Source: Auanema rhodensis
Taxonomy: Eukaryota; Animalia; Nematoda
DNA length: 64,000 nucleotides
Direction of reading: 5' to 3'
Assembly (NCBI GenBank): GCA_964057225.1
Contig: OZ059895.1
Span: forward strand, 5,270,001 to 5,334,000
Shown: in pieces, positions 51,088 through 64,000 of the stretch
Layout of the letters: each line of letters begins with the position of its first letter
How positions within the stretch are numbered: the stretch's first letter is position 1
The notes under the pieces: model-generated
Told to the model about the DNA's origin: nothing
The model's database searches: none
Seen by the model: the letters and a program-made list of their open reading frames with translations, nothing else
Translations under genes and position numbers: made by a program

Positions 51088-51546
51088 TCATTATATTCTA
51101 GGACAGAGGAGGTCACCCTGCGACAACCCATATGAGCATTATCATCAAAAAATGCTACCAACCAGTTTTCAATATACATAGTTAAGATTATTCAAATATA
51201 CACACAGGATATAGATAAATATATTTAATTCAGCTTGAAATCATTTGAATTTTTTAAAAAATTAAAAACTTTAAAATTTACTCATATAAGGCTGTTTCAC
51301 ATGAAAGTTATTTAGATAAACTTATTTGAATGCCGTGCCATTATCATGAATTTCATTTTAAAGCCTTCAACTACTCTCTCAAAATAAACAACACATCCCA
51401 TACATTGTGACATCTACGTTAGTGTAAATAGCATAAAAGCTTGCAATAATTCATACAAAACTAATTTATTTTATCACAAATAATCATATCAAAATTAAAT
51501 TTGTGGCCCTAAAGAGGGCCGTTGGGTTATGTAACGTTGCAAACGC

Positions 51547-52077
<531 letters not shown>

Positions 52078-52500
52078 CTAAGTTATGACGTAAAATTAAG
52101 ATTATATTCCACGTCTCAGCTATTTATTACGAAAACATCTCGGTTACAAAAAACAAAAATTTCAACATATTAGTTGCGAAATAGGGTTGTAAACAGCGAA
52201 CTAACCCTAGGTACAATAACGATTAACTAAACTCCACAGGCTTTCAAAAACAAAACAATATTAAAATAAACATTTCCAAGTGAATTATAAAACAATGAAA
52301 CAAAATTAAGATCTTTTAAATTTGTTATATCCGTTCTTGTTATAGGTTCTCAATATGCTGAATTTACTATAAAACAATAATCAGCGGAAGGTGAAAGAAA
52401 AAGGGGTGGAAGGTGGGATTTAGAGGCGTGGAATATAATTGATAATTTTACGTCATAACTTAGCAAAATTATCAATTATATTCCACGTCTCAGCTATCTT

Positions 52501-52590
52501 TCAGCAAATAACAGCGGATAGAAACGATGGAGTAAAATGATAATGTTTAAAGAAAGAGTTATCTGAACTCCAATTGGCAGCTTTGCTTAT
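52501..52590 (-). pseudogene. C-terminal remnant of tyrosine recombinase
   Basis: Translates as ISKAANWSSDNSFFKHYHFTPSFLSAVIC*, aligning with IMSAANWKSDTSFFKHYCRTRSFQAAIF* of the full element, at the same position next to the ICR. Confidence 0.88.
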
Positions 52591-53557
52591 GATGACTTGC
52601 TTCGTTAGAGACTCCGAGTTCATCACGTAGAGAGCGTCCAAATAGGTCTACAGCTTCAAGCTGAAAAGAGCTGGAGTTAATATTCTTATTTAACTTACTT
52701 AAGTATACTCCGGAACTGTGGTCTACTGAGGACGACGAAGATAATGATGCTTTACGAAAGCTGGGCATACCGCTTGTAGGGCGAGAAATGCCCATCCGGA
52801 GAAGATAGAATTCGCGATGTAGCGAAATATGCGTCCTTATATCAGCACTGAACAGCCGTTCCATAACTGAGAGATATCCAGCTAGTTTGGGATGGAAAGG
52901 AGCTCCTTTATCGTCGGAACCCAAGACTCTAGCCACTGCGATGAGGTTCAGAGTTTTCAGGTCAATTTCGTACAGTCCTTTCATCTCGGAGTCGGAGACT
53001 TCAAAGCCGGTACGAGAAGAGGTTTCTACCAGACTAATCAGCTTTTTATCCACAATTGGGATGTCCACGTACTTGCTATCCACGTGTGGGAGCTCGCTGA
53101 TGAGCGATACACGGTCCGTCTGGGACATATATAGGCCAGAAGCCAAGTGCTCAAAATTGTCCAATTGAGCCTTGCTAAGGCTAAACGTATTGCGAGATTT
53201 ATTTTCCAGGACCACTGTTGGAGATGGAATACTCTCCCAGACTGGTCGGGCTCTGGGTTGTGGACTGGAGCGAGATCTGGATCGAGATCTCCAGCTACCA
53301 TCCGTTTTGAAACGAGAAAGGGAGAACGAATTCCGCCCCAAGCGGGCAGGAATTCTACGTCGAGGAAGACGTACCTCTCGCAATCTGGAACGAGATCGAT
53401 TGTGGGCGAGAGAAGTTGATCTGGAACGAGATCGGTTGTTTGCGAGAGAATTTGATTCTTCCTTGTCATGAAGCCGGTAAGAAACCTTCGGGCGTAGAGG
53501 AGAGATATCCGGAGAAGAAACGTCTTCATTTTCTTCTCTATGAGGAGAGGAAACCAT
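52559..53557 (-). CDS. Gag-like ORF1 of the deleted DIRS, reading through an intron-like segment into the first codons of pol and across the deletion junction
   Basis: ATG at 53555-53557; homologous to 21080-21805, and EAVDLFGRSLRDEL matches QAVELFGRALRAEL at the pol start. Confidence 0.82.
   Translation of the reverse strand: MVSSPHREENEDVSSPDISPLRPKVSYRLHDKEESNSLANNRSRSRSTSLAHNRSRSRLREVRLPRRRIPARLGRNSFSLSRFKTDGSWRSRSRSRSSPQPRARPVWESIPSPTVVLENKSRNTFSLSKAQLDNFEHLASGLYMSQTDRVSLISELPHVDSKYVDIPIVDKKLISLVETSSRTGFEVSDSEMKGLYEIDLKTLNLIAVARVLGSDDKGAPFHPKLAGYLSVMERLFSADIRTHISLHREFYLLRMGISRPTSGMPSFRKASLSSSSSVDHSSGVYLSKLNKNINSSSFQLEAVDLFGRSLRDELGVSNEASHHKQSCQLEFR
52661..52708 (-). other. Putative intron at the gag/pol boundary (48 nt GTATAC...TTTTCAG, or 38 nt from GTAAGT at 52698)
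   Basis: AT-rich insert ending in a perfect TTTTCAG at the position homologous to 21058-21100. Confidence 0.65.
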
Positions 53558-54201
53558 GGTCACCGAGTAGTAGGAGTTCTCAAATAAAAATGAGGAGTTA
53601 AGTTAATTGTTATTGTACCTAGGGTTAGTACGCTGTTTACAAACCTATTTCGCAACTAATATGTTGAAATTTTTGTTTTTTGTAACCGAGATGTTTTCGT
53701 AATAAATAGCTGAGACGCGGAATGAAATATTATATTCAAAAAAAAGATGCCTTAACATATTGTATTTAATGTAAACAACTTAAATTCAAATTTAAAAACA
53801 TAACCTTACTCTTCTTCTCAACAGTAATCTTTTTTTTTTTTGGATTTCTAACAAAAAACATGAATCAAAGGTAAATGCTATGAAAATTCAAAGATTAGAA
53901 GAAAAACAATTCTCCTTAATCTTTAAAGTTTCAGATAATTAGTTAACTATGAATAGCATCAAAAAACTAAGCTTATCACCCTCTCCTTATAAGTAGACAA
54001 TTAAAAAATTCAACCGCTTATCATCAGTCCACATTTAAAATGATGGAGCACACACACTTTGAAACTGAGGTATTTTTGAAATTATTATTGAAACATCCAA
54101 CATATTTTTATTTGAATTACACAATTATTAACTCATACAGAATAAAAAGAGTAATGTGGCCCTAAAGAGGGCCGTTGGGTTAGATGATAGCAGCACATCA
54201 C

Positions 54202-54585
54202 TTATTCCTTTTCTCCGGCAGTCTTCTTGGGGAGAAGGCTGGCTTGGATGTTTGGAAGAACTCCTCCTTGAGCGATGGTTACACCGGAAAGAAGTTTGTT
54301 CAACTCTTCGTCATTTCTGACGGCAAGTTGAAGATGGCGAGGGTTGATTCTGCTCTTCTTGTTATCACGGGCAGCGTTACCAGCCAACTCAAGAACTTCA
54401 GCGGCAAGATATTCAAGAACGGCAGCAAGGTAGACTGGAGCTCCGGCACCAACACGCTTAGCGTAGTTACCTTTGCGAAGCATACGATGAAGACGTCCAA
54501 CAGGGAATTGAAGTCCTGCTCTTGAAGAACGGGACTTGGCCTTTCCGCCGGTCTTAGCTTTTCCTCCTTTTCCACGTCCAGACAT
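54202..54585 (-). CDS. H2A: Histone H2A
   Basis: Identical protein to other copies. Confidence 0.99.
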   Translation of the reverse strand: MSGRGKGGKAKTGGKAKSRSSRAGLQFPVGRLHRMLRKGNYAKRVGAGAPVYLAAVLEYLAAEVLELAGNAARDNKKSRINPRHLQLAVRNDEELNKLLSGVTIAQGGVLPNIQASLLPKKTAGEKE

Positions 54586-55105
54586 GATGATAGCTAGTGG
54601 TGAGTTGTGAGACTCGTTAACCCCAAACAAATTGCGCACGCACTATATACAGTATAGCAAGCAAGCTCCGCCCACCACCTTCCTTTGTTGCAGGACTAAA
54701 TTTTAAAAAATGAAAACTTATGTACAATTAAAAATGAAACAACATCATATCTAATATAGTTAGTTATAATATAAAATTGCAATTATGCATAATGAGAACA
54801 AAACCGATTTATCTGAAATTAGCATGAAGCTCAAGACGTCAATATCATGTTGTGCTTTACATTCAGATACAGCTTGACATCCAAACAACTTATTTTCAAC
54901 ACTAAAACCCTATTACATTGGATAGTTAAATAATGTACCTGAATCAATATGAGCAATTCTGATAGTGCATGATGACAAAATGCGCTTCAGTACATTTAAA
55001 AAAATGTTTATTAACGTAACAACATTCAGAAAACAAAACAGCAAATTAAGGATATGTGGCCCTAAAGAGGGCCGTTGGGTTAGGTTGCAGTACAACTCTA
55101 ACAAT

Positions 55106-55477
55106 TTACTTGCTAGAGGTGTACTTGGTGACAGCCTTGGTTCCTTCAGAGACGGCGTGCTTGGCAAGTTCTCCAGGGAGGATAAGTCTGACGGCAGTCT
55201 GGACTTCGCGAGATGAGATGGTGGATCTCTTGTTGTAGTGGGCCAGACGGGAAGCCTCAGCAGCAATGCGCTCAAAAACGTCATTAACAAATGAGTTCAT
55301 GATGCTCATGGCCTTGGAGGAAATTCCAGTGTCAGGGTGGACCTGCTTAAGTACACGGTAGACGTAGACAGAGTAAGATTCCTTTCTGGACTTTCTCTTC
55401 TTCTTGTCTCCGGTACGGCTGACCTTCTGGGTCTTGGCGGCTTTCTTAGCTCCCTTGGCGGATGGCTTGGGTGGCAT
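55106..55477 (-). CDS. H2B: Histone H2B
   Basis: Identical protein to other copies. Confidence 0.99.
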   Translation of the reverse strand: MPPKPSAKGAKKAAKTQKVSRTGDKKKRKSRKESYSVYVYRVLKQVHPDTGISSKAMSIMNSFVNDVFERIAAEASRLAHYNKRSTISSREVQTAVRLILPGELAKHAVSEGTKAVTKYTSSK

Positions 55478-55928
55478 GGTTATTGCTACGCTGACGAATC
55501 AACTGTTAATGTACAATTCGATTTGCTGACCTATATGTTAGTTAGCGCGCAAACCACGCCCCCATGCTCAGAACTCTGGTTAGAAGCTGTACTGTAAGAA
55601 GTTTAAATAATGTTCAGCTAGTAAAACATCTGAATATATTACACATATCCTATATAATATATAATAATATATAACCATATTCAAACTATTTAATATTACA
55701 AAACAATTTATATCAAAAGTCAACAAATTATTTTACCATGATAATTAGCATTGAGCGGTTGTATTCCATAGTTCTATTTAATTTTTTCCAAACAAAACAA
55801 AAAAAATTAATACAGAAAAGTTATTTATTATTATTTACATATTGATTATATCTTATAGCAATAATATTAATTTGTATGTGGCCCTAAAGAGGGCCGTTGG
55901 GTTAGGTAATAGTCACAAGATATGCAAC

Positions 55929-56288
<360 letters not shown>

Positions 56289-56747
56289 TCATTATATTCT
56301 AGGACAGAGGAGGTCACCCTGCGACAACCCATATGAGCATTATCATCAAAAAATGCTACCAACCAGTTTTCAATATACATAGTTAAGATTATTCAAATAT
56401 ACACACAGGATATAGATAAATATATTTAATTCAGCTTGAAATCATTTGAATTTTTTAAAAAATTAAAAACTTTAAAATTTACTCATATAAGGCTGTTTCA
56501 CATGAAAGTTATTTAGATAAACTTATTTGAATGCCGTGCCATTATCATGAATTTCATTTTAAAGCCTTCAACTACTCTCTCAAAATAAACAACACATCCC
56601 ATACATTGTGACATCTACGTTAGTGTAAATAGCATAAAAGCTTGCAATAATTCATACAAAACTAATTTATTTTATCACAAATAATCATATCAAAATTAAA
56701 TTTGTGGCCCTAAAGAGGGCCGTTGGGTTATGTAACGTTGCAAACGC

Positions 56748-58929
<2,182 letters not shown>

Positions 58930-59402
58930 ATTATATTCAAAAAAAAGATGCCTTAACATATTGTATTTAATGTAAACAACTTAAATTCAAATTTAAAAAC
59001 ATAACCTTACTCTTCTTCTCAACAGTAATCTTTTTTTTTTTTGGATTTCTAACAAAAAACATGAATCAAAGGTAAATGCTATGAAAATTCAAAGATTAGA
59101 AGAAAAACAATTCTCCTTAATCTTTAAAGTTTCAGATAATTAGTTAACTATGAATAGCATCAAAAAACTAAGCTTATCACCCTCTCCTTATAAGTAGACA
59201 ATTAAAAAATTCAACCGCTTATCATCAGTCCACATTTAAAATGATGGAGCACACACACTTTGAAACTGAGGTATTTTTGAAATTATTATTGAAACATCCA
59301 ACATATTTTTATTTGAATTACACAATTATTAACTCATACAGAATAAAAAGAGTAATGTGGCCCTAAAGAGGGCCGTTGGGTTAGATGATAGCAGCACATC
59401 AC

Positions 59403-59786
59403 TTATTCCTTTTCTCCGGCAGTCTTCTTGGGGAGAAGGCTGGCTTGGATGTTTGGAAGAACTCCTCCTTGAGCGATGGTTACACCGGAAAGAAGTTTGT
59501 TCAACTCTTCGTCATTTCTGACGGCAAGTTGAAGATGGCGAGGGTTGATTCTGCTCTTCTTGTTATCACGGGCAGCGTTACCAGCCAACTCAAGAACTTC
59601 AGCGGCAAGATATTCAAGAACGGCAGCAAGGTAGACTGGAGCTCCGGCACCAACACGCTTAGCGTAGTTACCTTTGCGAAGCATACGATGAAGACGTCCA
59701 ACAGGGAATTGAAGTCCTGCTCTTGAAGAACGGGACTTGGCCTTTCCGCCGGTCTTAGCTTTTCCTCCTTTTCCACGTCCAGACAT
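59403..59786 (-). CDS. H2A: Histone H2A
   Basis: Identical protein to other copies. Confidence 0.99.
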   Translation of the reverse strand: MSGRGKGGKAKTGGKAKSRSSRAGLQFPVGRLHRMLRKGNYAKRVGAGAPVYLAAVLEYLAAEVLELAGNAARDNKKSRINPRHLQLAVRNDEELNKLLSGVTIAQGGVLPNIQASLLPKKTAGEKE

Positions 59787-60306
59787 GATGATAGCTAGTG
59801 GTGAGTTGTGAGACTCGTTAACCCCAAACAAATTGCGCACGCACTATATACAGTATAGCAAGCAAGCTCCGCCCACCACCTTCCTTTGTTGCAGGACTAA
59901 ATTTTAAAAAATGAAAACTTATGTACAATTAAAAATGAAACAACATCATATCTAATATAGTTAGTTATAATATAAAATTGCAATTATGCATAATGAGAAC
60001 AAAACCGATTTATCTGAAATTAGCATGAAGCTCAAGACGTCAATATCATGTTGTGCTTTACATTCAGATACAGCTTGACATCCAAACAACTTATTTTCAA
60101 CACTAAAACCCTATTACATTGGATAGTTAAATAATGTACCTGAATCAATATGAGCAATTCTGATAGTGCATGATGACAAAATGCGCTTCAGTACATTAAA
60201 AAAAATGTTTATTAACGTAACAACATTCAGAAAACAAAACAGCAAATTAAGGATATGTGGCCCTAAAGAGGGCCGTTGGGTTAGGTTGCAGTACAACTCT
60301 AACAAT

Positions 60307-60678
60307 TTACTTGCTAGAGGTGTACTTGGTGACAGCCTTGGTTCCTTCAGAGACGGCGTGCTTGGCAAGTTCTCCAGGGAGGATAAGTCTGACGGCAGTC
60401 TGGACTTCGCGAGATGAGATGGTGGATCTCTTGTTGTAGTGGGCCAGACGGGAAGCCTCAGCAGCAATGCGCTCAAAAACGTCATTAACAAATGAGTTCA
60501 TGATGCTCATGGCCTTGGAGGAAATTCCAGTGTCAGGGTGGACCTGCTTAAGTACACGGTAGACGTAGACAGAGTAAGATTCCTTTCTGGACTTTCTCTT
60601 CTTCTTGTCTCCGGTACGGCTGACCTTCTGGGTCTTGGCGGCTTTCTTAGCTCCCTTGGCGGATGGCTTGGGTGGCAT
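60307..60678 (-). CDS. H2B: Histone H2B
   Basis: Identical protein to other copies. Confidence 0.99.
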   Translation of the reverse strand: MPPKPSAKGAKKAAKTQKVSRTGDKKKRKSRKESYSVYVYRVLKQVHPDTGISSKAMSIMNSFVNDVFERIAAEASRLAHYNKRSTISSREVQTAVRLILPGELAKHAVSEGTKAVTKYTSSK

Positions 60679-61131
60679 GGTTATTGCTACGCTGACGAAT
60701 CAACTGTTAATGTACAACTCGATTTGCTGACCTATATGTTAGTTAGCGCGCAAACCACGCCCCCATGCTCAGAACTCTGGTTAGAAGCTGTACTGTAAGA
60801 AGTTTAAATAATGTTCAGCTAGTAAAACATCTGAATATATTACACATATCCTATATAATATATAATAATATATAACCATATTCAAACTATTTAATATTAC
60901 AAAACAATTTATATCAAAAGTCAACAAATTATTTTACCATGATAATTAGCATTGAGCGGTTGTATTCCATATAGTTCTATTTAATTTTTTCCAAACAAAA
61001 CAAAAAAAATTAATACAGAAAAGTTATTTATTATTATTTACATATTGATTATATCTTATAGCAATAATATTAATTTGTATGTGGCCCTAAAGAGGGCCGT
61101 TGGGTTAGGTAATAGTCACAAGATATGCAAC

Positions 61132-61491
<360 letters not shown>

Positions 61492-61950
61492 TCATTATAT
61501 ACTAGGACAGAGGAGGTCACCCTGCGACAACCCATATGAGCATTATCATCAAAAAATGCTACCAACCAGTTTTCAATATACATAGTTAAGATTATTCAAA
61601 TATACACACAGGATATAGATAAATATATTTAATTCAGCTTGAAATCATTTGAATTTTTTAAAAAATTAAAAACTTTAAAATTTACTCATATAAGGCTGTT
61701 TCACATGAAAGTTATTTAGATAAACTTATTTGAATGCCGTGACATTATCATGAATTTCATTTTAAAGCCTTCAACTACTCTCTCAAAATAAACAACACAT
61801 CCCATACATTGTGACATCTACGTTAGTGTAAATAGCATAAAAGCTTGCAATAATTCATACAAAACTAATTTATTTTATCACAAATAATCATATCAAAATT
61901 AAATTTGTGGCCCTAAAGAGGGCCGTTGGGTTATGTAACGTTGCAAACGC

Positions 61951-62475
<525 letters not shown>

Positions 62476-62948
62476 TTATATTCAAAAAAAAGATGCCTTA
62501 ACATATTGTATTTAATGTAAACAACTTAAATTCAAATTTAAAAACATAACCTTACTCTTCTTCTCAACAGTAATCTTTTTTTTTTTTTGGATTTCTAACA
62601 AAAAACATGAATCAAAGGTAAATGCTATGAAAATTCAAAGATTAGAAGAAAAACAATTCTCCTTAATCTTTAAAGTTTCAGATAATTAGTTAACTATGAA
62701 TAGCATCAAAAAACTAAGCTTATCACCCTCTCCTTATAAGTAGACAATTAAAAAATTCAACCGCTTATCATCAGTCCACATTTAAAATGATGGAGCACAC
62801 ACACTTTGAAACTGAGGTATTTTTGAAATTATTATTGAAACATCCAACATATTTTTATTTGAATTACACAATTATTAACTCATACAGAATAAAAAGAGTA
62901 ATGTGGCCCTAAAGAGGGCCGTTGGGTTAGATGATAGCAGCACATCAC

Positions 62949-63332
62949 TTATTCCTTTTCTCCGGCAGTCTTCTTGGGGAGAAGGCTGGCTTGGATGTTT
63001 GGAAGAACTCCTCCTTGAGCGATGGTTACACCGGAAAGAAGTTTGTTCAACTCTTCGTCATTTCTGACGGCAAGTTGAAGATGGCGAGGGTTGATTCTGC
63101 TCTTCTTGTTATCACGGGCAGCGTTACCAGCCAACTCAAGAACTTCAGCGGCAAGATATTCAAGAACGGCAGCAAGGTAGACTGGAGCTCCGGCACCAAC
63201 ACGCTTAGCGTAGTTACCTTTGCGAAGCATACGATGAAGACGTCCAACAGGGAATTGAAGTCCTGCTCTTGAAGAACGGGACTTGGCCTTTCCGCCGGTC
63301 TTAGCTTTTCCTCCTTTTCCACGTCCAGACAT
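62949..63332 (-). CDS. H2A: Histone H2A
   Basis: Identical protein to other copies. Confidence 0.99.
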   Translation of the reverse strand: MSGRGKGGKAKTGGKAKSRSSRAGLQFPVGRLHRMLRKGNYAKRVGAGAPVYLAAVLEYLAAEVLELAGNAARDNKKSRINPRHLQLAVRNDEELNKLLSGVTIAQGGVLPNIQASLLPKKTAGEKE

Positions 63333-63852
63333 GATGATAGCTAGTGGTGAGTTGTGAGACTCGTTAACCCCAAACAAATTGCGCACGCACTATATACAGT
63401 ATAGCAAGCAAGCTCCGCCCACCACCTTCCTTTGTTGCAGGACTAAATTTTAAAAAATGAAAACTTATGTACAATTAAAAATGAAACAACATCATATCTA
63501 ATATAGTTAGTTATAATATAAAATTGCAATTATGCATAATGAGAACAAAACCGATTTATCTGAAATTAGCATGAAGCTCAAGACGTCAATATCATGTTGT
63601 GCTTTACATTCAGATACAGCTTGACATCCAAACAACTTATTTTCAACACTAAAACCCTATTACATTGGATAGTTAAATAATGTACCTGAATCAATATGAG
63701 CAATTCTGATAGTGCATGATGACAAAATGCGCTTCAGTACATTAAAAAAAATGTTTATTAACGTAACAACATTCAGAAAACAAAACAGCAAATTAAGGAT
63801 ATGTGGCCCTAAAGAGGGCCGTTGGGTTAGGTTGCAGTACAACTCTAACAAT

Positions 63853-64000
<148 letters not shown>

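Overview
Eukaryotic, very probably nematode, DNA: the histone 3' stem-loop has a CTTT loop, H4 reads YCEH, and there are 43-51 nt introns and TTTTCAG acceptors. (1) A tandem replication-dependent core-histone array occupies 1-7979 and 49590-64000, with a ~3545 bp unit, H3-H4-H2B-H2A all on the minus strand and no H1. (2) A ~41.6 kb foreign block interrupts it, starting inside an H3 gene. The block holds ~179 copies of a 199-bp satellite with higher-order structure, then ~1.6 kb of unique DNA with a 4-exon, signal-peptide-less trypsin-like serine protease gene. (3) An intact-looking DIRS1-type tyrosine-recombinase retrotransposon sits in the satellite (17554-22013: gag, RT-RNaseH-MT, YR, 176-bp ITRs, ICR, AAT/ATT crossover). 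(4) An internally deleted member of a second, diverged DIRS family sits upstream of H3 and was duplicated within a 5201-bp variant histone unit. Top observation: both DIRS families carry a small spliceosomal-type intron at the same phase-0 position at the gag/pol boundary. In the full element, removing 43 nt deletes the gag stop and fuses Gag to Pol in frame, which suggests splicing-controlled Gag:Gag-Pol expression.
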